Of a DNA stretch of 55,252 nucleotides, positions 20,161-27,089 are shown piece after piece; positions within the stretch are counted from its first letter, which is position 1; each line of letters starts with the position of its first letter. Origin of the DNA: a virus (Duplodnaviria > Caudoviricetes); the IMG/VR virus record IMGVR_UViG_3300037258_000366, positions 1-55,252 of that record. One strand, given 5' to 3'. The notes under the pieces are model-generated. The model made no database searches. It worked only from the letters and a program-made list of their open reading frames with translations, and was not told the DNA's origin. A program made the position numbers and the translations under genes.

Positions 20161-21759
20161 CTAGTCTTCCCAGGGCCAGCGAGCCTCTCTGCCGCGCTCT
20201 ATCAGCGGAATCATGCTGAATGTCGCATCGGACAAACCGCCCAGTTCATGCCTTGTCCCGACACCCGAAGGCATCATCGACTTGGAATAACCGCCAAGAT
20301 TGAATCCGTATAGATAAGTGTTCTTAGGAACAACATTATCTACTGATCCATGCCAGTCAAAGAAAGCCTGGCCATCTGTGAAAATAACTACCCTCTTTGC
20401 ATCCGCTCCAAGAGTACGACGCACTGAAGCTACTGTCTGAGTACCGTAGCCAACTTCACCATTTCTGCTGTAGAAGTGTGCTACTGCCTTAAGGACAGAA
20501 GAACCAGTTGGTATTACATACTCAAATACACCGTCAGCGTACCCGAACAATCTCACTCTTCCCTGATTCTTCCTGGCAAGAGCTACACCGAACAATCCGG
20601 CAGCCTCATGACAAGCCAGTTTGCTCTTGTCAGAAACGCGAGACTGCATGGAACCAGAAGTATCCACATAAATATAGGTTATTCCTGGCAACTCTGGGAT
20701 ATTCTGGGTTGAGTAATCAAGCGCCTTCTCCAGAGCCTTGCCGTAGTTAAGGCTGTTCAGTTCCTTGTAGGCAGAAACAAACCTGAAAGGGAACTGTCTT
20801 GACTTAGCCACGATCTCCGGGTTGGACAGCTTCTCGCAAACAGCCTCAACTGAAGCGTCAGAAATTCCCGCCTCATCGAAGTTACGAAGGTTTCTCAGAG
20901 TAGCCATATACCCCATTGAAGGTATCATAGCTTCCCATAGATCATCCTTAGGAACTCTTGATCCTGCCAGGGAAAGAGCATCTTCCCATGTCATTCCTGC
21001 TGCCTTCAGGTTCTCTGCGTCCAGAAGAGCCTCAGGATGATTTACTGCCTTCAGGCGAAGACCTTCATTAGCAGAAATCATAGGAAGCTGATGTCCAGAG
21101 CCTTCCCAGACATTATTGAATCTCCTGGCCTGAGAGAAACTGTAAACAGCAGCCTGATTCTCACCAACTGGTGATGCATGTACCATGTTCAGTACATCAG
21201 CGAATCTCCAGCCATGAGAAGCTGTGTCATACTTCAGCAGCGAATACTCGTTGTAGAGTCTTGCACATGCATCAGAAAGACCGCGCTTAACAGGCATTGG
21301 AAGAGGCTTGCCATACTTGGAAACCCAGTAAGCAAGAAACTCTCCTGGCTCATCCGCTCTCTGGCATACAGCCCTGATAAACTTCCTGTTCCATCCTTCG
21401 GTGCCCTGCATATTATCAGTCAGTCTTGCACGTACGGCAATTGCTGCTCCTGTGATAGAAGCAGTACGTATGTTTCCTGTACCACGCAGCCAGTTAAGGA
21501 ACCCAAGCATCCACTTAGGATCTTCTCTTGCTACAGCAGTAATCAGCTTCTCCCAGCGCACTTCTCTCTGGCTTGCTGACTCGTAGAAAGTCTGCTCACC
21601 GAAGAAATAGTTCACGCCCAGAAGGAATAGCTCGGACTTAGTCTCGCGGTCAAAAGCAATGCCACCCTCACAAGTGACTGAGCTTCCTGCTATTGACTTA
21701 ACTGGCGAGCGTCCTGCTGGTACTGTCCCTGGAGTGTTTAGCTTAGACATATTATTCAC
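20161..21759 (-). CDS. rsr: Ro60/Rsr-family TROVE domain protein with C-terminal vWA domain
   Basis: SELFLLGV..FFGEQTFYE, RADEPGE, MTWE, MGYMATLRNLRN, SRQFPFRF (TROVE); VDTSGSM and FTDGQ (MIDAS); Y-RNA-like array immediately upstream. Confidence 0.92.
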   Translation of the reverse strand: MNNMSKLNTPGTVPAGRSPVKSIAGSSVTCEGGIAFDRETKSELFLLGVNYFFGEQTFYESASQREVRWEKLITAVAREDPKWMLGFLNWLRGTGNIRTASITGAAIAVRARLTDNMQGTEGWNRKFIRAVCQRADEPGEFLAYWVSKYGKPLPMPVKRGLSDACARLYNEYSLLKYDTASHGWRFADVLNMVHASPVGENQAAVYSFSQARRFNNVWEGSGHQLPMISANEGLRLKAVNHPEALLDAENLKAAGMTWEDALSLAGSRVPKDDLWEAMIPSMGYMATLRNLRNFDEAGISDASVEAVCEKLSNPEIVAKSRQFPFRFVSAYKELNSLNYGKALEKALDYSTQNIPELPGITYIYVDTSGSMQSRVSDKSKLACHEAAGLFGVALARKNQGRVRLFGYADGVFEYVIPTGSSVLKAVAHFYSRNGEVGYGTQTVASVRRTLGADAKRVVIFTDGQAFFDWHGSVDNVVPKNTYLYGFNLGGYSKSMMPSGVGTRHELGGLSDATFSMIPLIERGREARWPWED

Positions 21760-21778
21760 ATCTCCTTACATAGAAAAA

Positions 21779-21870
21779 CCGCCTGAGGATAAGTCGTAAG
21801 TCAGTGTTTTTATCTGAACTGTTATTTAATATAACTATTAGAAGTAACTGACTAACCTCGCATCAGGCGG
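21779..21870 (-). ncRNA. Y-RNA-like gene A (Ro-binding stem, AU-rich payload)
   Basis: Terminal helix ccgcctga/tcaggcgg; motif GATGCG-N8-CAGTTACTTC; second helix agtcagt/actgact. Confidence 0.7.
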
Positions 21871-21882
21871 CGGTTAAAAATC

Positions 21883-21975
21883 ACCAGAGAACGAGGTGAG
21901 GACGGTTGGGGCCTTCTCGGACCCCTGATTGTGTTTCTTGGCGAGAAGAAGTATCCGTCACTCTTCACAACTGGT
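21883..21975 (-). ncRNA. Y-RNA-like gene B (two-hairpin payload)
   Basis: accag/ctggt; GTTGTG-N8-CGGATACTTC ... GTTCTCT; hairpins ttct/agaa and ggggtc/ggcccc. Confidence 0.7.
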
Positions 21976-21994
21976 TTTAAGTATTAAGTTTTAC

Positions 21995-22134
21995 GATGCT
22001 AGAGAATAATTCGGAAGCAGAAATTTTAGCGCTCTGCCGTTGAGCTACATCCCGAAGAAGCCGGGATGATAGGAGTCGAACCTATAACCTCTCGTTCCAT
22101 AGACGAAGTAACTGATTCCTGCACATCTAGCATC
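21995..22134 (-). ncRNA. YrlA-like Y RNA C carrying a complete circularly permuted tRNA domain
   Basis: gatgctag/ctagcatc; CAGTTACTTC; then anticodon-like arm, T arm atagg-TTCGACT-cctat, closed acceptor catcccg/cgggatg, D arm gctc-AACGGCA-gagc. Confidence 0.85.
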
Positions 22135-22145
22135 TTAAGTTTTTA

Positions 22146-22218
22146 AGGGCGCACTAAACCTTAGTGCTATACCGTCCGTTCCCAGGCAGCTATCAGGACT
22201 TGAACCTGAAATCTCCCT
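22146..22218 (-). ncRNA. Permuted tRNA-like element D without a Ro stem
   Basis: aggg...T arm tcagg-TTCAAGT-cctga, imperfect closed acceptor, D arm gcac-TAAGGTTTA-gtgc, g-ccct. Confidence 0.6.
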
Positions 22219-22225
22219 CGCTTGT

Positions 22226-22360
22226 GTACCAGAGAATCGTTTTGATCGCGGAGTTTGTATTCATAACCTCCGGGTTTTGAGCCCGGCGCTCTATTGTTGA
22301 GCTATAATCACTATTTTTGGTGTAATTAATGAAGTAACCGTGATCATTCACATCTAGTAC
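22226..22360 (-). ncRNA. Y-RNA-like gene E carrying a tRNA domain opened at the T-loop (anticodon CAA)
   Basis: gtactag/ctggtac; CGGTTACTTC; acceptor taattac-ACCAAAAATA-gtgatta, D arm, anticodon arm ccggg-CTCAAAA-cccgg, T stem atgaa/ttcat. Confidence 0.8.
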
Positions 22361-22363
22361 TAG

Positions 22364-22434
22364 AGGCACTTACTGGATTTGAACCAGCGTAAACGGTTTT
22401 GCAGACCGTCACCTTGCCACTCGGTCAAAGCGCC
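22364..22434 (-). tRNA. tRNA-Cys(GCA)
   Basis: acggt-CTGCAAA-accgt; U73. Confidence 0.92.
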
Positions 22435-22440
22435 ATATTT

Positions 22441-22547
22441 GTACTTGAGAATAAGATGAACTCCGGAATAGTGTGCCTTTACAGCATCTATTTCTAGATG
22501 CCTTGGAATCGAACCAAGAAGTAACCGTTGTTCTTCACATCAAGTAC
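22441..22547 (-). ncRNA. Y-RNA-like gene F (T arm plus closed acceptor minihelix)
   Basis: gtacttga/tcaagtac; CGGTTACTTC; cttgg-TTCGATT-ccaag; gcatcta-GAAA-tagatgc. Confidence 0.8.
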
Positions 22548-22550
22548 TAG

Positions 22551-22627
22551 TAGCGGTGGCCGGATTTGAACCGAGCGATCTCTTGCTTATGAGACAAGCG
22601 AGGACAACCGAACTCCTCTACACCGCA
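22551..22627 (-). tRNA. tRNA-Met(CAT), initiator-like 1:72 mismatch
   Basis: cttgt-CTCATAA-gcaag; U1:U72 mismatch, but lacks the three G-C anticodon-stem pairs of typical initiators. Confidence 0.85.
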
Positions 22628-22637
22628 CCGAAAGGAT

Positions 22638-22713
22638 AGAGAGCTAGAGAATAATTCGGGAACGGTGTCTATTCGCTGTAAGAAGTATCCGTACCCTGCA
22701 CAACTAGCACTCT
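22638..22713 (-). ncRNA. Y-RNA-like gene G (minimal, short payload)
   Basis: gctag/ctagc; GTTGTG-N7-CGGATACTTC ... TATTCTCT; gggtacgg/ccgttccc helix. Confidence 0.7.
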
Positions 22714-22747
22714 TTTTAAGGAGGAAAAATGATGCGCTTCCCTGATG

Positions 22748-22822
22748 TACCGCCTGCGGGAATCGAACCCGCGACAACCAGATTGAAAGTCTGGGCACCA
22801 ATACCATCATAGTAAAGGCGGC
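22748..22822 (-). tRNA. tRNA-Glu(TTC)
   Basis: ccaga-CTTTCAA-tctgg. Confidence 0.88.
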
Positions 22823-22884
22823 ATGTTGCCGATGAGATTGGAGCAGACTGTGCATGCATATCGATTCCCTCACCGGCAAGTACT

Positions 22885-22913
22885 ACTGTACCACAAGGCC
22901 GACTCTGTGTCAA
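22885..22913 (-). promoter_or_regulatory. Principal-sigma promoter for the tRNA/Y-RNA/Ro60 operon
   Basis: TTGACA-N17-TACAGT with TG extension. Confidence 0.8.
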
Positions 22914-22935
22914 GCCCTTTCTGAAATTTCTTTTT

Positions 22936-23946
22936 CTAGCCCAGAACCAGAAGACGTGTGCCTTTTATAAGCTTGCGGTTAATACTAGTTGACTGCACGA
23001 AAATAGTGTAGTCTCTGTAGTCTTCTGGCTTAACATCAACCTTCTCATCAGGGAGACCGAGCAACTGCCTGGCATTTCCTGTGTATACTGTCCCAGTTGA
23101 GTTAACCATGATGGCTAGCTGCTTCTGCGGCTGAATTGTTTCCTTCTTCATTAGCTGATAATAGCCAGTTCCTACCTTGTAAGGCATTCCTAGCCTGTCT
23201 GTGAAGAAATCATCAATCCTTCCGTCTGCCATAACGTTCTGAAGCGAGTAAAGATAATTCGGCAGGGGTGTAAGACTGCCTATAATCTCTGAAACAGACA
23301 CTTTGCTGAGCTTGAACAGGCTTCTGGTGCCTCTTATACCCTTAGTTCTGTTGACCATGAAGGTTTCAGAGGTTCTTCTGATGGTTTCTCCTACTTCAGC
23401 GAGACCATCAGTAGCAGAAGTGTTCCATACTGCTATGTTTTCTGCGGGAAAACCGAACTTTTTGGCCTCATGAACCCCAATTTGGTCAGGAACAAAGCCT
23501 GCAAGGGTCCAGTGATCAGGCAAACCCGCAATTTCAGCCGCTAGCTTGCCTGGTTTGGCCCTGCTATCGTTTTCTTTGCCGTCCGTGAGCACATAAACGA
23601 GAAAGGAATGCTCCCCATACTTCTCTGGAGTCATCTTCAGGTCCGAAATAGCCAGTAAGGTAGCGTCTATGAGCGCTGTAGTGCCGTATGCTTTGTACAA
23701 TCCGGCAATGCTTGGCATTCTCAGAACGTCTTTGTCGTAAATCAGGCACTGGATATTGTCCGGGTAGTCAAATGTGTATACTGTTATCCGTGTTTCCTGA
23801 TCTAGCTCCTTAGATCTCTGTGCTAAGTACTTAATCTGATTGTCCGCCACCTTTACAACGTCATCGGTGCGGTAATACATGCTTCCTGAGCCGTCAAGAA
23901 CTAATACAATGTGATTAATGTAGTTCGGGATTGCCGTGCTTGTCAT
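22936..23946 (-). CDS. von Willebrand factor A (vWA) domain protein
   Basis: VLDGSGSM MIDAS, TALIDA, LTDGKEN. Confidence 0.85.
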   Translation of the reverse strand: MTSTAIPNYINHIVLVLDGSGSMYYRTDDVVKVADNQIKYLAQRSKELDQETRITVYTFDYPDNIQCLIYDKDVLRMPSIAGLYKAYGTTALIDATLLAISDLKMTPEKYGEHSFLVYVLTDGKENDSRAKPGKLAAEIAGLPDHWTLAGFVPDQIGVHEAKKFGFPAENIAVWNTSATDGLAEVGETIRRTSETFMVNRTKGIRGTRSLFKLSKVSVSEIIGSLTPLPNYLYSLQNVMADGRIDDFFTDRLGMPYKVGTGYYQLMKKETIQPQKQLAIMVNSTGTVYTGNARQLLGLPDEKVDVKPEDYRDYTIFVQSTSINRKLIKGTRLLVLG

Positions 23947-24191
23947 TTTCCCTCCTCAAACTCTGGAACTGCCGGTACTCTTACCTGATTTTGCGCCTTA
24001 ATCATCTCTTCAGCATTGGTGCGGGCGATATAATGTGTTCCGCTTTTGTAGATATGTACGCCTACTCTGAAGACTCCATACCAGAACCAGCAGATCGCCG
24101 CGATAAACAATCCTGCGATGTGCAGGAAGATAAGAGCCAGTAGTGTCAGCACTCCAGCTATTATCAGTCTGGTTTTCCTGTTATTATGCAT
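23943..24191 (-). CDS. Membrane protein
   Basis: GGAGG SD; long hydrophobic segment. Confidence 0.6.
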   Translation of the reverse strand: MHNNRKTRLIIAGVLTLLALIFLHIAGLFIAAICWFWYGVFRVGVHIYKSGTHYIARTNAEEMIKAQNQVRVPAVPEFEEGK

Positions 24192-24598
24192 TTTTCCTCC
24201 TTAGAAGCATAGTGGATAAGTCCATACAGCATCCAGCACGCTGGGAGGATGGCCGCCAGCCAATAGAGAAGATTTTTCTGGTTATCTATGATGTTCGACA
24301 AGTACAGCGCAGAGATCACGACGACATTAAGGCAGTATATAAACCTCTTTAGCAGTCTCATCTTCTCCAACATCTCTTTTTTTGGCTTCAGTGTAACTTC
24401 TCCCGTGCGCGGATTTATTTTCCCTTGACGTGCTTGAGTATGACTGTCAATATAGCTCTTCAGTTTCCTTAAGCCGTTTCTTATCGCCTTAAGAGCTTCA
24501 CGAATTGGCAGAAACAATGCTCCCAGAGTTATCAGGAGCAGTTTTATGCTGGTGAAAAACTTAACTATCTCGTTTACATGATGCTGATGATGTGCCAA
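24164..24598 (-). CDS. Membrane protein
   Basis: GGAGG SD with TTG start; three hydrophobic segments. Confidence 0.6.
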   Translation of the reverse strand: MAHHQHHVNEIVKFFTSIKLLLITLGALFLPIREALKAIRNGLRKLKSYIDSHTQARQGKINPRTGEVTLKPKKEMLEKMRLLKRFIYCLNVVVISALYLSNIIDNQKNLLYWLAAILPACWMLYGLIHYASKEEKCIITGKPD

Positions 24599-24618
24599 TT
24601 TCCCTCCTTGGTTATTTA

Positions 24619-24765
24619 TCAGACGTATGTTCCGCCCGTAGCTATGTCAATAGCTGATGTTGCTGCTTGCTGTACTGTCCAGCCTGTCTGTGACCAGCCT
24701 GTATACGGGCCGACAATTGTGTCCAGTGCGCTTACGTTTGGGTAGGGATCTTGTGTAGCCATCAT
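24619..24765 (-). CDS. Small protein, possibly virion-associated
   Basis: MMATQDPYPNVSALD...; AAGGA SD; the longer annotated ORF overlaps tRNA-Gly. Confidence 0.55.
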   Translation of the reverse strand: MMATQDPYPNVSALDTIVGPYTGWSQTGWTVQQAATSAIDIATGGTYV

Positions 24766-24781
24766 TTTTCCTTTCTTTGCG

Positions 24782-24853
24782 AGCGAATGACGGGACTTGA
24801 ACCCGCTCTGGCACCATGGCAAGGTGCAGTGCAGCCAGTAACACTTCATTCAC
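24782..24853 (-). tRNA. tRNA-Gly(GCC)
   Basis: gcacc-TTGCCAT-ggtgc. Confidence 0.9.
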
Positions 24854-24921
24854 GTGCGGGAAGTCTTTCCGAACACCCAGCCGATTTAGGTTCTTCCCTA
24901 GTTCTCTCTGTGGACCGGCAA

Positions 24922-25536
24922 TTAGTAAGCAGTTGTTGATGTAATGATGCAAGCTGACATGGAAACCTGGAACACCATTTCCGGCTGAGGCATGTTACCC
25001 GAAGGCGATGCTGTTGTATACCCGGGAACCTGCACTAAAACTGGCTCAGAAGGATACTGAGTTACTGGCGCTGTCTGGCCAGTTTCTGTAAGCACTGCTC
25101 CTGAAGGATTACCAGCAGAGCCTGTTAGCGAGTTAGGAGTAATTACTACCTTGTAACCGCCATATTCTGTTGTTCCGTCCCAGGCTGTCGTCTGAAGCTG
25201 GATAATGTAATCTAGTGTAGGCAGAGCTTGTGCTGTTGATGATACATAACTTCCCGTGCCATTGTTCGCGCCGAAAATTCGCGCTGGAACGACACCCTCT
25301 TTGTCAAGAATGGCTGCTATATAAAGCGTAGAGCCTGGAGTGTACACGTACTGCCCGTTAGTCGGGAAAGTAGTACTCAGTGTGTATGAATACGGTGCAG
25401 CATTAGTAGGAACAGGGCTGTTAGATCCGCTAGTTGTCAGACCTGTAGGGTAAAAACTTGGCACTTTCGTTGACTGGAAGGCGGTATTCGCTACTGGCCA
25501 GCCCGAAAGGAAAATAGCTGTTAGTGTTGATGACAT
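24922..25536 (-). CDS. Putative virion decoration/structural protein
   Basis: 204 aa, T/S/P/G-rich; late-promoter motif upstream. Confidence 0.6.
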   Translation of the reverse strand: MSSTLTAIFLSGWPVANTAFQSTKVPSFYPTGLTTSGSNSPVPTNAAPYSYTLSTTFPTNGQYVYTPGSTLYIAAILDKEGVVPARIFGANNGTGSYVSSTAQALPTLDYIIQLQTTAWDGTTEYGGYKVVITPNSLTGSAGNPSGAVLTETGQTAPVTQYPSEPVLVQVPGYTTASPSGNMPQPEMVFQVSMSACIITSTTAY

Positions 25537-25554
25537 GAGACAAAACCTTTCGTA

Positions 25555-25581
25555 AAAAATATTCTGTCTCTAGTTTATCAT
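25555..25581 (-). promoter_or_regulatory. Putative late promoter
   Basis: ATGATAAACT-N5-CAGAATATTTTT. Confidence 0.55.
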
Positions 25582-25757
25582 AAAGGTACTTTGAATGGGC
25601 ATGCTCTTCCGGCTAGATGATCTGGCTGGCATTCAAGCGGAAGTGGTGCATACGGATGATCCCATACCCATGAAGGGAAACAGTCATCACAAAGATAACC
25701 TATACCTTTTAGTTTCTGCGGAACATTCCTCCGTTCGCAGCAATCACATTCATACAT
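25578..25757 (-). CDS. Small Cys-rich (zinc-finger-like) protein, 59 aa
   Basis: Below the ORF-track cutoff; AGGAG SD; MYECDCCERR...YLCDDCFPSW. Confidence 0.65.
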   Translation of the reverse strand: MYECDCCERRNVPQKLKGIGYLCDDCFPSWVWDHPYAPLPLECQPDHLAGRACPFKVPL

Positions 25758-25770
25758 GAAACTCCTAAGG

Positions 25771-25843
25771 TAGCGCTACTGGGGGTCGAACCCAGACTGA
25801 AACCCTTTTAAGGGGTCGTCCTCTGCCATTGGGATACAGCGCC
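25771..25843 (-). tRNA. tRNA-Leu(TAA), short variable loop
   Basis: gaccc-CTTAAAA-gggtt. Confidence 0.88.
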
Positions 25844-25844
25844 G

Positions 25845-25918
25845 TGGCCTGCTTGGGATTTGAACCCAAACTGTACACTTTTTGAGAGTGTCTTCTCTGC
25901 CGATTGGAATACCAGGCC
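25845..25918 (-). tRNA. tRNA-Leu(CAA), short variable loop
   Basis: acact-CTCAAAA-agtgt. Confidence 0.88.
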
Positions 25919-26054
25919 AAGAATTTGGTGAGGTGATTATTTCAGAATAGCGCCTGTAGCCTATTTCAGCTATCCGAGTATGCGTTGTGCTTTATAGACC
26001 TCACACACAACTTTTTCATGTCCCTCACCCTAACAGGAGCGACCTGTTAGTTTG

Positions 26055-26126
26055 TGTGTCCTGTAGGTAACGATCCTACCTTCTCGGTTCTTCAGACCGA
26101 CGCTAATCCATCTCAGCTAAAGACAC
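26055..26126 (-). tRNA. tRNA-Phe(GAA), atypical T-loop
   Basis: tcggt-CTGAAGA-accga; T-loop ATCGTTA. Confidence 0.85.
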
Positions 26127-26207
26127 ATGGTGCGGGTTTTTATAGTGGTTTTCCCGCTGCCACAAAGTAAAAATCTTTTACTTTCCGGTTAATCCGGAAT
26201 TCTTTGA

Positions 26208-26576
26208 TCAGCTAGTTGGTGCTGCTGGAACTAGTGCAGTAACGCTTGTAACTGCTGAATCCAGCGCAGTGTCTGCGCTTTCTACAGATGTCTGTAGTGT
26301 TGCAGCCTGTGCCGCTAGAGCATCAATTGCTGATGTGTCTACAGGCTGACCATTAGCAAGAGCGGCAGCAATTGCTGTCACTGCTGTGTTAATGTCAGTT
26401 ACCTGAGTAGCCACATCTGTAAGAACTGTCTGTACCTCAGTGAAGAGGCCAGAAATTGCTGTAGCATCTGCTGCAAGATCTGTCTGAACTGTCATGATTT
26501 TATCAACTTTCTCGTCTATAGACTTTACAATTTCTAGAATTTGGCAGAGTTCATCATGATTACGCCGATTTCTCAT
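26208..26576 (-). CDS. Ala/Thr-rich helical (coiled-coil) protein
   Basis: ORF track; amphipathic A/T/D/V composition. Confidence 0.6.
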   Translation of the reverse strand: MRNRRNHDELCQILEIVKSIDEKVDKIMTVQTDLAADATAISGLFTEVQTVLTDVATQVTDINTAVTAIAAALANGQPVDTSAIDALAAQAATLQTSVESADTALDSAVTSVTALVPAAPTS

Positions 26577-26600
26577 AATCTCCCTTTCTTATAGAACTCG

Positions 26601-26674
26601 TACCTATAGAGGGATTCGAACCCATCACTGTCATGTTCCTAAGACATGTGCCTCTGCCGTTGGGCTATATAGGT
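26601..26674 (-). tRNA. tRNA-Leu(TAG), short variable loop
   Basis: catgt-CTTAGGA-acatg. Confidence 0.88.
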
Positions 26675-26679
26675 ATAGC

Positions 26680-26878
26680 GCCCTGACTAAGTTCCTTCAT
26701 CGACTCAGGGCTTTATACTGCATCTTCATGACAGTGAAGATAAGGAACGCAGTATCCGGCCTCTACGGGATATACCGGATCAGTAATGAGACTGTCATCT
26801 CTCCCGTCTGCTTCTTTTGGGTTATTGACTAATAGGACATCAGCTATTTACCCGTATAGTCTAGCAGTGAAAGACTGC
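26680..26878 (-). ncRNA. Candidate multi-kissing-loop/pseudoknot ncRNA
   Basis: Several hairpins plus perfect long-range pairs gttcctt/aaggaac, tgacag/ctgtca, acggga/tcccgt, ctgct/agcag; fills the whole Tyr-Leu spacer. Confidence 0.6.
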
Positions 26879-26879
26879 G

Positions 26880-26963
26880 TGCCAGCACTTGGATTCGAAC
26901 CAAGGAAGGATATTTCCAACAGTTTTACAGACTGCCCGCTTTGAGCCGCTTGCATATACTGGC
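26880..26963 (-). tRNA. tRNA-Tyr(GTA)
   Basis: gcagt-CTGTAAA-actgt; long variable arm. Confidence 0.92.
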
Positions 26964-26967
26964 AAGT

Positions 26968-27034
26968 ACAGAGCGCGAGATCTTCGGAGGGAGGAGGAAA
27001 ACTCACCAGTGTTAGCTGGTGTCCCGCGCTCTGT
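26968..27034 (-). ncRNA. Candidate small RNA with an exposed C-rich (anti-SD-like) tract
   Basis: 10-bp terminal helix acagagcgcg/cgcgctctgt starting at the predicted TSS; internal CCTCCTCCCTCC. Confidence 0.45.
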
Positions 27035-27040
27035 GTGACT

Positions 27041-27069
27041 AGCCTACCATGAGGCCAGCCGTTTGTCAA
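27041..27069 (-). promoter_or_regulatory. Principal-sigma promoter
   Basis: TTGACA-N17-TAGGCT. Confidence 0.75.
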
Positions 27070-27089
27070 GGGATTTTATTCCCTAAATT

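Noticed and set aside
21779-22713. CRISPR array (recurring GAAGTAWCYG and GAGAAT motifs)
   Set aside because: The motifs are short, degenerate and irregularly spaced, sit inside self-complementary units, and no cas genes are present; a Y-RNA scaffold explains them
22547-22913. ORFs 22547..22879 and 22716..22913 (also 24647, 26848, 29683, 30330, 30451, 31131)
   Set aside because: They overlap tRNA or Y-RNA genes or are antisense to them, and lack SD sequences or protein motifs
25578-25770. Pseudoknotted ncRNA in the spacer after tRNA-Leu(TAA)
   Set aside because: The whole spacer is a 59-codon ORF with an AGGAG SD and CxxC pairs, so a small protein gene is the simpler explanation
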